A DNA stretch of 64,000 bases from Nanobdellota archaeon (GCA_018815925.1 JAHIWS010000011.1:51753-115752), one strand, 5' to 3'; counted from the first letter of the stretch, positions 44,851 to 54,529 are shown. A program made the numbers and translations. Notes: generated by a model from the sequence alone, not told the origin.

Positions 44851-45258
44851 TTATTTCTTAAAATGTTTTTGTAACATTTTTTTTATTTCTTGGATTTCTC
44901 TTTCTGCTTTTTTGTTAATTCTATAATCATATTCTGCTTTAAGTCTGTCTCTTTGAGCTTGTCTATTTTGACTCATTAAAATAATTGGGGCTTGTAAGGC
45001 AGCCAAACATGATAATAAAAGATTTAGTAATATAAAAGGATAAGGATCCCATGTATTTATCCAGGCATATATGTTGATAGTCATCCATATAAAGATGAAT
45101 ATTAAAAAACTTATTATAAATATCCAACTACCTGCCCATTTAGTAATCCAATCTGCTGCTCTTTGTCCTACATCCTTCTTGAGTTTAAAAAGAGGGTGAT
45201 TTATTTGAAATTTTGGCCTTTTCACAATTTCTTTTTTAATTTTTACCTCTTTTTTCAT
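44851..45258 (-). CDS. DUF1003-family membrane protein
   Basis: WDPYPFILLNLLLSCLAALQAPIILMSQNRQAQRDRLKAEYDYRINKKAEREI. Confidence 0.7.
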   Translation of the reverse strand: MKKEVKIKKEIVKRPKFQINHPLFKLKKDVGQRAADWITKWAGSWIFIISFLIFIFIWMTINIYAWINTWDPYPFILLNLLLSCLAALQAPIILMSQNRQAQRDRLKAEYDYRINKKAEREIQEIKKMLQKHFKK

Positions 45259-45307
45259 TTCTTAAAGAATTAAAAGAATATTATAAAGGTTATTGATCTT
45301 TTTTGAG

Positions 45308-46237
45308 ATGAATTGTAACTATAAAGAAGTAACAAATAGGAAGATTTTTAAGGGAGAAAAGATTGTGTTTTTTATGAGTTTAGATATAGTAGTTACTTCA
45401 GAAAATATAGGGTCAAATCCTGGAGGAAGATGTTTAGTGAAAACTCATCTAAAGCGTGTTTCTGAAGAAAGCTATATTAAATATTGTAATAGAACTCAAA
45501 CCCCCCCTTCTTTTTCTTTTTCATCCCAAAGACAACCTATTTATGAAGCAATGTTTTTAGAAATGGCAAAAATGTTAGGATTAGTTGTTCCAGAATATGC
45601 TGTTATTTTAAACCCACAAGGAAAGCATGTTAATTTTATTTATGAACCAGAAAAAAACCAAAAGGTAAAAAAATTAAATTCTAATAACCATTCTTATTTT
45701 TTATCAAGATTGATTGATCATATAATTGATGAAAATCATCCTAAACTAAGAGGAGTTATGGCTGATGAAAAGATTTATAGAGATTTATTAAATATAGGTA
45801 ATGTTTCAGACAGGCCAGATAATTATACTTTAGTTGATATTAAGGGTAAGGAACCTTTTGTTTTATATATAGATTTTGGATGTGGTTTTGTTGATGCGCA
45901 TGAGGGTATTTTAACTATTAGGCCAAGTCTTATTAGACAAATGAGTAAATTAGAAAATGGAAAAGCTTTAAAGAATCTTAAAAAAAGATTAGGAAAAATT
46001 AATTTAAAAATAGATAGAGGGACAATAATCAATTTATTTGATTTTGGAGAACGTATTCCTGGATGCTGTAAAATTAATGTTCTTGATGCATCTAACCCTC
46101 ATTTTTTTAAATCTATGCCTGTAAACTCTCTTTTATCTAAAAGAGAATTAGATGATTTAAGTAAATTATATTTTATTACTAATAGTACTTTTTTAAAAAA
46201 TTATAAAGGTGATGAGAGATTGTTTAAGAAAAAATAA
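45308..46237 (+). CDS. Hypothetical protein with a PI3K/PI4K-like (atypical kinase) catalytic-loop signature
   Basis: LLNIGNVSDRPDNYTLVDIKGKEPFVLYIDFGCGF resembles G.GDRH..N(12-15)IDFG. IGSNPGGRCLVK may be a G-loop. The start is uncertain: ATG at 45308 or 45374 (the track start at 45293 is a TTG). Confidence 0.4.
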   Translation: MNCNYKEVTNRKIFKGEKIVFFMSLDIVVTSENIGSNPGGRCLVKTHLKRVSEESYIKYCNRTQTPPSFSFSSQRQPIYEAMFLEMAKMLGLVVPEYAVILNPQGKHVNFIYEPEKNQKVKKLNSNNHSYFLSRLIDHIIDENHPKLRGVMADEKIYRDLLNIGNVSDRPDNYTLVDIKGKEPFVLYIDFGCGFVDAHEGILTIRPSLIRQMSKLENGKALKNLKKRLGKINLKIDRGTIINLFDFGERIPGCCKINVLDASNPHFFKSMPVNSLLSKRELDDLSKLYFITNSTFLKNYKGDERLFKKK

Positions 46238-46272
46238 GCAAATTTTATTAACTCCTTCTTCTTTTTCTTTTT

Positions 46273-47706
46273 ATGTTAGATTACAAAGAATTGGGTTTTA
46301 AATCTGGTTTAGAAATACATCAACAATTAGATAGTCATAAACTTTTTTGTAATTGCCCTTTTTTGTTAAGGCAAGATGAGCCTGATTTTGAAATTTCTAG
46401 AAGATTACATGCTGTTGCTGGTGAAAAAGGAGAAATTGATGTTGCTACAAGTCATGAGGCTAGTTTGAATAAAGAGTTTGTTTATCAAGGATATGATACA
46501 ACTTGTTTAGTTGAACTTGATGAAGAGCCACCTCATTTAATTAATCAAGAAGCTTTGAAAATTGCACTTCACATTTCTTTATTACTTAATTGTAAAATAA
46601 TTCCTATTTCACAGATTATGAGAAAAACAGTTATTGATGGAAGTAATACTTCTGGATTTCAGAGAACTGTTATGATTTCAAGAGATGGTTATGTTGAAAC
46701 TAGTAATGGAAAAGTTGGAATTAATTTTATTTTATTAGAAGAAGATGCTGCAAGAATTATTAAAGATGGGGGAAGTAAAAAAATTTATAGACTTGATAGA
46801 TTAGGTGGGCCAATGGTTGAAGTTGTGACTGCTCCTGATATTGTTGATTCTGAACATGCTAAAGAAACAGCATTAAAGATTGGAGAGATATTAAGGAGTT
46901 GTAAAGTAAAAAGAGGAATTGGAACAATTAGGCAAGATATTAATATTTCTATAAAAGGGCATGAAAGAGCTGAGATTAAGGGTTTTCAAGATCCTAAAGT
47001 TTTTGTTGAAGTTGTTGAAAAAGAAGTTCAAAGACAATCAGGGAATTTGCAGAATAAGAAAAAATCTAAACCAGAAGTAAGAGGAGCAAATCCTGATAAT
47101 ACTACTACATTTTTAAGACCCTTACCAGGAAGTGCAAGAATGTATCCTGAAACAGATTTACCTTTGTTAAAGATTTCAAAACAAATGATTGATGAAGCTA
47201 AAAAAACTCTTCCTAAACTTAGAGAAGAATTAGAAAAAGAATTAAGAAAACAAGGTCTTAATGAAGAATATATTAAATTGTTGTTTAAATTAAATAAGGT
47301 GAATGGGTATAAAGAAGCATATTATAATTTACCTAAACCTAATTTAATTGCTAATTTACTTTTGGTTTTTCCAAAAGACCTTGCTAAGAAAAAAAAGTTA
47401 GATGTGAAAGATGTCTCTGAAATTATTGATGAATATATATTAGGGGTAATTAATTTTGTTAATAAGAAAAGAATTAAAGAAGAAGATATGAAACAGGTCT
47501 TTGAGAATTTAGTTGATGGAAAATCTCTTGAAGATTCAATAAAAATTGAAAGAGTTGATGTTTCTGATATTGAAGAAAAAATCCATAATATAATTAAGTC
47601 TAAGCCTGGATTAAGTGCTAATGCGTATATGGGTTTAGTTATGAAGGAATTTCAAGGAAAGGTTGATGGTAAAGAAGTAATGACAATAATTAAAAAGTAT
47701 ATTTAA
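46273..47706 (+). CDS. gatE: Glu-tRNA(Gln) amidotransferase subunit E (short form, 477 aa)
   Basis: GFKSGLEIHQQLDSHKLFCNC, TCLVELDEEPPH, and ARMYPETDLP (GatE-type rather than the GatB YRYFPEPDL). Confidence 0.75.
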   Translation: MLDYKELGFKSGLEIHQQLDSHKLFCNCPFLLRQDEPDFEISRRLHAVAGEKGEIDVATSHEASLNKEFVYQGYDTTCLVELDEEPPHLINQEALKIALHISLLLNCKIIPISQIMRKTVIDGSNTSGFQRTVMISRDGYVETSNGKVGINFILLEEDAARIIKDGGSKKIYRLDRLGGPMVEVVTAPDIVDSEHAKETALKIGEILRSCKVKRGIGTIRQDINISIKGHERAEIKGFQDPKVFVEVVEKEVQRQSGNLQNKKKSKPEVRGANPDNTTTFLRPLPGSARMYPETDLPLLKISKQMIDEAKKTLPKLREELEKELRKQGLNEEYIKLLFKLNKVNGYKEAYYNLPKPNLIANLLLVFPKDLAKKKKLDVKDVSEIIDEYILGVINFVNKKRIKEEDMKQVFENLVDGKSLEDSIKIERVDVSDIEEKIHNIIKSKPGLSANAYMGLVMKEFQGKVDGKEVMTIIKKYI

Positions 47707-47717
47707 TTTTATATTTT

Positions 47718-48998
47718 ATGAAACGAACTTATATTAAAGATCTTGAATTAGGAAAAGAAATTTTGCTTAGATGTTGGGTTTTTGAAATTAGAGGTTTATC
47801 TAAGCTCAAGTTTTTGTTACTAAGGGATTCTACTGGAATTGTTCAAGGAATTGTTAAAGATAAAGGATTAATTGGACAGATTTCTAATTTAAGTTTAGAA
47901 AGTGTTGTTCAGATTAAAGGTAAAGTTAAAAAAGCTAATGTTAAGGCTGGGTTGGCTAGACATGACATTGAGGTTGAAGTTAGTGATTTGAAGATTTTAA
48001 ATAAGGCTGAAAAGCTTCCAATTCATGTTAATGAAAAAGCTGTTAGTTCTGAATTACCCTCTAGATTAGATAATAGGTGTCTTGATATTAGAAAACCATG
48101 TGTTAAGGCTATATTTAAGGTTCAATCAGTGATTGTTAATTCTTTTAGAGAGTATTTTTATAAAAATAAGTTTATGGAAATTCAACCTCCTGGAATAATT
48201 GCTACTTCAACAGAAGGAGGAACAGATTTATTTGAAGTAAAGTATTTTGATAAAAAAGCTTATCTTGCTCAAAGTCCTCAATTATATAAACAGCTTGTAG
48301 CTATAAGTTGGGAAAAAGTTTTTTCTACTAATACTATTTGGAGAGCTGAAAAACATGATACTTCTAAACATATTAATGAGATAAGGCAGATGGATATTGA
48401 GTGTGCTTTTGAAGATGATATTGATATTATGAAACATTTAGAAAGTGTTGTGAAATTTATAGTTAGGAAAGTTATTGAGGGGTGTTCAGAAGAATTAAAG
48501 CTTTTAAAATTAGATTTAAAGACCCCCAAAGCTAAGTATTTGACTTATAGAGAAGCTATTGATTTACTTTCTAAAAAAGGTTTTAAAATAAAATATGGTG
48601 ATGACTTTGAACCAGAAGCAGAAAGAAAATTATGCAGTATGTTTCCAAATACAATTGTTTTTACATATGAGTGGCCTATCGAACTTAAACCATTTTACAT
48701 TTGGCCTAAAGATGAGAAGAATGGAATTTCAGGGGGATTTGATGTTCTTTATGGAGGAGTTGAGATTTCATCAGGAGGACAAAGAGTTCATATTCCTGAT
48801 GTTTTAATTAAGATGCTTAAGATGAAGAAACTAAATCCAGAAGATTTTAAATGGTATATTGATGCTTTTAGATATGGAGCACCAATGCATTCTGGTTGGA
48901 GTATTGGTTTAGAGAGATTAACTCAAGCCATGCTTGGTTTAGATAATATAAGAGAGTGCACTTTGTTTCCTAGAGATAGGAAAAGGTTGAGTCCTTAA
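47718..48998 (+). CDS. aspS: Aspartyl-tRNA synthetase, archaeal type
   Basis: N-terminal OB domain. Class II motifs: FRAEKHDTSKHINEIRQMDIECAF, GGVEISSGGQRVH, GWSIGLERL. 426 aa. Confidence 0.85.
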   Translation: MKRTYIKDLELGKEILLRCWVFEIRGLSKLKFLLLRDSTGIVQGIVKDKGLIGQISNLSLESVVQIKGKVKKANVKAGLARHDIEVEVSDLKILNKAEKLPIHVNEKAVSSELPSRLDNRCLDIRKPCVKAIFKVQSVIVNSFREYFYKNKFMEIQPPGIIATSTEGGTDLFEVKYFDKKAYLAQSPQLYKQLVAISWEKVFSTNTIWRAEKHDTSKHINEIRQMDIECAFEDDIDIMKHLESVVKFIVRKVIEGCSEELKLLKLDLKTPKAKYLTYREAIDLLSKKGFKIKYGDDFEPEAERKLCSMFPNTIVFTYEWPIELKPFYIWPKDEKNGISGGFDVLYGGVEISSGGQRVHIPDVLIKMLKMKKLNPEDFKWYIDAFRYGAPMHSGWSIGLERLTQAMLGLDNIRECTLFPRDRKRLSP

Positions 48999-48999
48999 A

Positions 49000-49272
49000 A
49001 TGTGGGTTACGATTCTTTTATCTTTTCTTTATGCAGGAACAGGAATTGTGGCAACTATTGGTTATTTCCCTACAATTAAGGATTTGATTAGGGGCAAGAA
49101 AAGTGCTAATATTTCTTCTTATGTAATTTGGACTTCTTGCGCACTTATTGTTTTCCTTTATTCATTAATTGTTATTTCAGATTTATTATTGGCAATTGTT
49201 ACAGGGCTTAATTTTTTATCTTGCGCAGTTATTTTGTTTTTAGCTATTAGGTTAGAATTAATTAAAAAATAA
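49000..49272 (+). CDS. 3-TM small membrane protein, PQ-loop/semiSWEET-like
   Basis: 90 aa with three hydrophobic spans. GYFPTIKDLIRGKK.ANISS is at the position of the PQ motif. It starts 1 nt after the aspS stop. Confidence 0.4.
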   Translation: MWVTILLSFLYAGTGIVATIGYFPTIKDLIRGKKSANISSYVIWTSCALIVFLYSLIVISDLLLAIVTGLNFLSCAVILFLAIRLELIKK

Positions 49273-49401
49273 AATTTTTTGATAATGATTTTTAAAAATC
49301 CTAATAAACTCTTTTTTTTATTATGAAAGCTATTAACAATTTTTCTAGCAATAGCAATAATTAAAAATACATGTTTCTTTTTTAATTTGAAATTATATAT
49401 C

Positions 49402-50700
49402 ATGAAAACAAAATTTATATCGATTAGTGATGCAATGCAGAAAGGTCGCGGTAAAGTAGCTGTGCGAGGATGGATTCATCGTGAAAGAGGTAGTAATAAA
49501 ATGAGGTTTATTATTCTTAGAGATGTTAGTGATATTATTCAGATTGTTATTAAAAAAGAGAAGTTTGGGTCTCAGTGGGATGAAATTGATAAATTGCAAG
49601 TAGAGGCTAGTCTTGAAATTGAAGGAGATATTAAACCTGATAAAAGGGCTATAACTGGTTATGAAATTGATGCAGATAAAGTTGTTATAGTTGGAACTAG
49701 TGATGAATTTCCTATTCAGAAAGATCTTAGTGAAGAGTTGCTTGGAGATAGAAGACATTTATGGTTAAGGAGTAGGAAGATGGTTTCTATTATGAAGATA
49801 AGGAGTACTGTTATTGGGGCTTTACATGAATATTTTAGAAGTAAGAAATTTTATGAGTTTCAGTCTCCAATTATTATTCCTGGTGGGGCAGAAGAAGGCC
49901 CAACAATGTTTGAAATTGATTATTTTAAAAAGAAAATGTATCTTTGTCAGACTTGGCAATTATATGCAGAAGCTGCTATGTATGGGCTAGAAAAAATTTA
50001 TTGTGTTGCTCCTAGTTTTAGAGCTGAGAAATCTAAAACTTCTAGACATTTAACTGAATATTGGCATACTGAAATGGAAGTTGCTTGGGCTGATTTAGAT
50101 AAATTAATGGATTATGCAGAAGAAATGACTAGGTTTGTTGTTAAAAAAGTTCTTGAAGAACATAAAAAAGAATTAGAGTTTTTAGGAAGGGATTGGAAAA
50201 AGTTAATTCCTTCTACTAAAAAGAAATTTCCTAGAATTACTTATGATGAAGCACTTAAAATTTTAAAACAAAAGAAAAAAATGAGTGTTGTTTGGGGTAA
50301 GGATTTGAGAACAATAGAAGAAGAAAAATTAATGGAAAGCTATGATACTCCTGTTTTTGTTCATCATTATCCTAAAGAAGTTATGGCTTTTTATAAACCA
50401 AGAGATAAGGATAGTCCTAAGACCGCTAGATGTTTTGATATGTTAGGTCCTGAAGCTCATGGAGAACTAATTGGAGGAAGTGAAAGAGATACTGATATTA
50501 AAGAATTAAAAAAGAGTTTGAAAGCCAAAGGAGAGAAACTAGAAGATTATTCATATTATTTTGATATACATAGCTATGGTCCAATTCCACATGGAGGATA
50601 TGGTCTTGGAACAGAACGTTTAATTAAGTGGATTTGCGGTCTTGACACAATTAAAGATGCAATTGGTTTTCCTAGGACAATGAGTAGGTGTAGGCCTTGA
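49402..50700 (+). CDS. asnS: Asparaginyl-tRNA synthetase
   Basis: ATG at 49402 (MKTKFISISDA); the track start is a TTG. Motifs: FRAEKSKTSRHLTEYWHTEMEVAW, GGSERD, HGGYGLGTERL. Confidence 0.85.
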   Translation: MKTKFISISDAMQKGRGKVAVRGWIHRERGSNKMRFIILRDVSDIIQIVIKKEKFGSQWDEIDKLQVEASLEIEGDIKPDKRAITGYEIDADKVVIVGTSDEFPIQKDLSEELLGDRRHLWLRSRKMVSIMKIRSTVIGALHEYFRSKKFYEFQSPIIIPGGAEEGPTMFEIDYFKKKMYLCQTWQLYAEAAMYGLEKIYCVAPSFRAEKSKTSRHLTEYWHTEMEVAWADLDKLMDYAEEMTRFVVKKVLEEHKKELEFLGRDWKKLIPSTKKKFPRITYDEALKILKQKKKMSVVWGKDLRTIEEEKLMESYDTPVFVHHYPKEVMAFYKPRDKDSPKTARCFDMLGPEAHGELIGGSERDTDIKELKKSLKAKGEKLEDYSYYFDIHSYGPIPHGGYGLGTERLIKWICGLDTIKDAIGFPRTMSRCRP

Positions 50701-50763
50701 TTGTTACTTCTTTAAAGTGGTTAGGGTGGTAAGGTTTATAAATCCTTTTTTATATAGTTTTTT

Positions 50764-51642
50764 ATGATAAAGAAAGTATTTGTTGCTTCAGATATTCATG
50801 ATGATATAGAGGCCTTGGTGAAGTTTACAGATTATGCTCAAGCTCAACATGCTGATGGAATGTGGGTTTTAGGAGATTTTAGTCTTAAACCTTATACAGT
50901 TGAGGCTCTTGAGGAGGTTTTAGAGAGTAAAGATATTGGAAAATTTATAGAGGCTAAGGAAAAAACTAATTTGGAAATTTTAGCACAGATGAAAGGTGTT
51001 TTAGATAATTCTGGATTAGAGTATAGGGTTATTCCTGGAAATTATGATCCTGATATTTTGAGTGTTTTTGGTGGGAGAGATTTACATAAAAAAACATCCA
51101 TGTTTGGTGACGCAAAAATAGTTGGTTATGGTGGGGCAGATGCATTTCCTCAACATATAGCATTACTTAACCAAATAAATGAAATAGTTCCTTTTGACCA
51201 TAATGAACTTTATACACTTCTTAAGAAAGAAAAACCACAAATTGTTTTAACTCATAATCCTCCTCAACAATTTTGTGATGATATGTTTAATGGACAAAAT
51301 GTTGGAACTCCTGCAACTACTAAATATATTATGGAAAATAATCCAAAATTAGTTTGCGGTGGACATATTCATGAAGCTGGTCCTAATGGAAACAATCCTA
51401 GTGGGGTAAAAAGCATAGCCAAATATAGTAATACAATTATAGTAAATCCGGGAAATTTAGGAAGGTTTGAATTGTTACACTTTCCTTCGTTAGAAACTAA
51501 TATGAAATTTGATTATGGAACTTTTTCAGAATTACATCTTGATACTGATAGTTCTGTAAAAAAAATTAAAAATTATTCTTTAAAATCTCCTGAAAGAAAA
51601 ATTGGAAAAATTGAAAAGATTTCAGAGGTAGTTTTTCCTTAA
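50764..51642 (+). CDS. Calcineurin-like metallophosphoesterase
   Basis: Motifs DIHDD, GDFS, GNYD, THNPP, GGHIHE. Confidence 0.7.
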   Translation: MIKKVFVASDIHDDIEALVKFTDYAQAQHADGMWVLGDFSLKPYTVEALEEVLESKDIGKFIEAKEKTNLEILAQMKGVLDNSGLEYRVIPGNYDPDILSVFGGRDLHKKTSMFGDAKIVGYGGADAFPQHIALLNQINEIVPFDHNELYTLLKKEKPQIVLTHNPPQQFCDDMFNGQNVGTPATTKYIMENNPKLVCGGHIHEAGPNGNNPSGVKSIAKYSNTIIVNPGNLGRFELLHFPSLETNMKFDYGTFSELHLDTDSSVKKIKNYSLKSPERKIGKIEKISEVVFP

Positions 51643-51672
51643 CTTTTTAAATTAGGTTTATTTAATTCTTAT

Positions 51673-52473
51673 ATGAAAATCTTAGTTATAGGAGATCCGC
51701 ATGGTTTTTATAGATATAAGAAATTTATTTTTAAAGATGTGGATTTAATTCTGGTTACAGGAGATTTAGGTGTAGCAACAGTTGCTAGGAAATGGCATTT
51801 TGATAATATTAAAAGGAAACAAAAAGGTTTGCTAGAATTGGAAAAAGATTCAAAATTTATTAAGAAAGTTCATATGGAAATTCATGATTCAACATTGAAA
51901 GTCGTGAGGATTTTATCTAAATATGCTCCTACTTATTCTCTTCAAGGGAATGTTGAAATTCTTACAATATCTCAAGTAAAAGAAGATAAGAAAAAATATG
52001 GATTTAAAATTCCTATTACAAGAGAGGTGATTGATAAGATGAAAAATTTTCATTTAGCAAAAAATATTATTAGGAATATTGATGGTTTAAGAATTGGTTT
52101 TTTAGAGTATTTTATTGATACTAGTTGGGTAAGGGATTTTAGTCCTGGAGATTATGGAAAAAAGATGAAGGGAGCAATGGAGGAAACTAGTAATGCAAAG
52201 AAAATTTTAAAGAGATTTGGAAAAGTTGATATTCTTGTTTGCCATCAACCTCCTTATGGAATTTTAGATAAGGTTGGTAAAAAATATAATCCCCCTAAAA
52301 AATGGATTGGGCTCCATGCTGGGAGTAAAACAATTTTAGATTATATAAAAAAATACCAACCAAAATATGTTTTGTGTGGGCATATTCATGAGGCAAAGGG
52401 TAGGGAGAATATAGGTAAGACGACAGTAATTAATGCAGGGTGTTGTGGGAATTATGTTGTTTTGGATATATGA
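51673..52473 (+). CDS. Calcineurin-like metallophosphoesterase (tandem paralog)
   Basis: Motifs GDPHG, TGDLG, QGNVE, CHQPPYG, CGHIHEA. Confidence 0.7.
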   Translation: MKILVIGDPHGFYRYKKFIFKDVDLILVTGDLGVATVARKWHFDNIKRKQKGLLELEKDSKFIKKVHMEIHDSTLKVVRILSKYAPTYSLQGNVEILTISQVKEDKKKYGFKIPITREVIDKMKNFHLAKNIIRNIDGLRIGFLEYFIDTSWVRDFSPGDYGKKMKGAMEETSNAKKILKRFGKVDILVCHQPPYGILDKVGKKYNPPKKWIGLHAGSKTILDYIKKYQPKYVLCGHIHEAKGRENIGKTTVINAGCCGNYVVLDI

Positions 52474-52519
52474 ATTCTCTTACCACAAAATTTATAAATT
52501 ATAAATTATAACTTTTTAT

Positions 52520-52741
52520 ATGAAAACTATAGCACTTAAAGATAGAACATTTAATCTAATAAAGGATTTAAAAGAAAAACATAAAATGAAATCTTTTGAT
52601 AAGTTGATAATTGATTTAATTGTAAAAGAAGAGAAGGTTCCAAAAATAGAAGAAATGTTTGGTATCTTAAAGGGAAAAACAAAAGGTTTTACAAGAAAAG
52701 ATAGGGAAGAGATTTGGGGAGATCCTAATAGGGATTTTTAG
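52520..52741 (+). CDS. vapB: VapB-like antitoxin (RHH-type pattern)
   Basis: 73 aa, ending 1 nt before the PIN gene. KTIALKDRTFNLIKDLKEKHKMKSFDKLIIDLI fits a strand-helix-helix pattern. Confidence 0.6.
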   Translation: MKTIALKDRTFNLIKDLKEKHKMKSFDKLIIDLIVKEEKVPKIEEMFGILKGKTKGFTRKDREEIWGDPNRDF

Positions 52742-52742
52742 A

Positions 52743-53120
52743 ATGAAAATAATTTTTGATACTTTTGCTTGGATAGAGTTTTTTGAAGGAACAAAAAAAG
52801 GAAAAATTGTTAAAGATTTTTTGTGTGAAAATGAAATTATAACCCCCTTAATTGTTTTTCTAGAGCTTAGTTATAAGGCTGACAAGGAGCATTGGAATTT
52901 TAGAGAAATAGTGAATTATATTAAGCATAATTCAGAGATTATTGGTATGAATGAAAATTTTATTTTTTCTTTTGGAAAATTGTATAATAAAGTTAAGAAA
53001 AATATTAGAGGAATTAGCATCGTTGATGTTGTTCTTTTACATACTGCTATGCTTAAGAATGCAAAAGTTTTAACAGGAGATAAACATTTTAAGGGGTTTA
53101 AAGAAGCCATGATTTTGTAA
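52743..53120 (+). CDS. vapC: PIN-domain toxin VapC
   Basis: MKIIFDTFAWIEFF (first acidic residue), E at LELSYK, D at SIVDVVLLHTA, LTGDKHF. Confidence 0.8.
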   Translation: MKIIFDTFAWIEFFEGTKKGKIVKDFLCENEIITPLIVFLELSYKADKEHWNFREIVNYIKHNSEIIGMNENFIFSFGKLYNKVKKNIRGISIVDVVLLHTAMLKNAKVLTGDKHFKGFKEAMIL

Positions 53121-53217
53121 TCAGTTTAGGTATTTTAATTTCTTTATTTAAATCATTTGTTATTAATTTATAGTCTGAGGAGATTATGTTGTTATTTGTG
53201 TTTAGGTAAGGCGAATT

Positions 53218-53457
53218 TTAATGTCTTTTTTTAGGAGTAGGTATTGCACAATCAGAACAAATTACTGCGAATTTTTTTGTTAGAGGGTCTTTAACAAATT
53301 TATATAGGTAAGGTCTTAATGTTTTTTTACATTTTATGCATCTTTTATCTTGATTTATTAGGGCTTGTTTTCTTTCAGAATGATGTATTTTTATATCTCT
53401 AAGAGGTTTTGATTTTAATGCTTTTAAGTATGTTGTTGGTTTAAAAATATCTTCCAT
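53218..53457 (-). CDS. Small zinc-ribbon protein (79 aa)
   Basis: CIKC...(22 aa)...CSDC. Confidence 0.45.
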   Translation of the reverse strand: MEDIFKPTTYLKALKSKPLRDIKIHHSERKQALINQDKRCIKCKKTLRPYLYKFVKDPLTKKFAVICSDCAIPTPKKRH

Positions 53458-53585
53458 TTTAATCCTATCTTTATCTGTTTTCTCTTTAAAAAGTTTTTCT
53501 TTATGTTTTTGTCCCTAATTGGTGTGGAGATAGGTTTAAAAACTATAAATATAGATAAATTCATTTAAAATTGGAGGAAATTTAA

Positions 53586-53663
53586 ATGCCTGAAGACGAA
53601 TACGATGAAGATGAAGAGTCTGAAGACGAAGAAGATGAAGACTTTGAAGATGATGAAGATTAA
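53586..53663 (+). CDS. Candidate 25-aa poly-acidic micro-protein
   Basis: SD GGAGG 8 nt before the ATG. Sequence: MPEDEYDEDEESEDEEDEDFEDDED*. Confidence 0.3.
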   Translation: MPEDEYDEDEESEDEEDEDFEDDED

Positions 53664-53703
53664 TTACAATCTTCTTTAAAAATATCTTTTTTATCTATAT
53701 TTT

Positions 53704-53889
53704 ATGAGATATAGTTATATTGAGAAACTTGTTAGGTTAGTTGAGGAATCTGATGTTTCTGAAGTTTATATAAGGGGTTGGACTTATGAAATAACCCTTA
53801 GGAAAAACAACAAAGAAATTGAGAAGAATGAAAAATATAGTTTTTTAGAAAAAGCTATTGAAGGGTTTAGCAAGTTGAATGTTAAGTAA
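53704..53889 (+). CDS. Hypothetical small protein (61 aa)
   Basis: Open frame. IEKLVRLVEESDVSEVYI weakly recalls the N-terminal segment of BCCP, but there is no biotinyl domain. Confidence 0.35.
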   Translation: MRYSYIEKLVRLVEESDVSEVYIRGWTYEITLRKNNKEIEKNEKYSFLEKAIEGFSKLNVK

Positions 53890-53930
53890 AATAAATAAAT
53901 ACTTAAAAAATAAGCAGACTTATTTTTTAA

Positions 53931-54512
53931 ATGCAATTTTATGTTATTTCTGGTGGACCTGGAACAGGCAAAACAAAACTTCTTGGAGAATTAGAAAAAA
54001 ATCTTGATTATATAGGTGGAATAGATTATTTTATTTTAAAAGAAGCTGCTAGAAATGTTGCTGGTTCTGATCCAAGATTTGTTGGAAAATCAATAAAAGA
54101 AATAAATATGAGTTATTTTCAACCTGCTGTTTTTGAACACCAAAAAAGAGATTTAGAAATAATGAAAAATAAATTATCTTTTGATATTGTTTTTTCAGAA
54201 AGAAGTTTTGGAGATACTTTGGCCTATATGAAAATTTATGAAATTCCAATACACAGAAAACATATTGGTTATTTTAGAAATAATGAGTTTTCTAAGGTTT
54301 TTATTTTAGATTATCCTAAAAAATATAAGCAAGATGAATTAAGGCAAGAATCTAAAGAAGAAGCAAGGATAATTCATGAGGAGATAATTAAGGTTTATAA
54401 TCAATTTGAATTTAAACCTATTTTTGTTCCTCTTTTTTCAGATATTGAAAAAGATTCTCTTGAAAAGAGAAGTGGTTTTATATTAAATCAGATAGGAATT
54501 TTTAAAAACTAG
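53931..54512 (+). CDS. P-loop ATPase of the AAA_28/COG3911 (NadR-kinase-like) type
   Basis: Walker A ISGGPGTGKT; FSERSFGDTLAY; YKQDELRQES..EARIIHEEI. Confidence 0.6.
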   Translation: MQFYVISGGPGTGKTKLLGELEKNLDYIGGIDYFILKEAARNVAGSDPRFVGKSIKEINMSYFQPAVFEHQKRDLEIMKNKLSFDIVFSERSFGDTLAYMKIYEIPIHRKHIGYFRNNEFSKVFILDYPKKYKQDELRQESKEEARIIHEEIIKVYNQFEFKPIFVPLFSDIEKDSLEKRSGFILNQIGIFKN

Positions 54513-54529
54513 GTACTTTTTGTTTTAAA

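Noticed and set aside
53704-53889. Biotin carboxyl carrier protein fragment
   Set aside because: Only a short N-terminal resemblance (LVRLVEESDVSEVYI). There is no biotinyl-lysine domain and no other carboxylase genes, so the evidence is insufficient.
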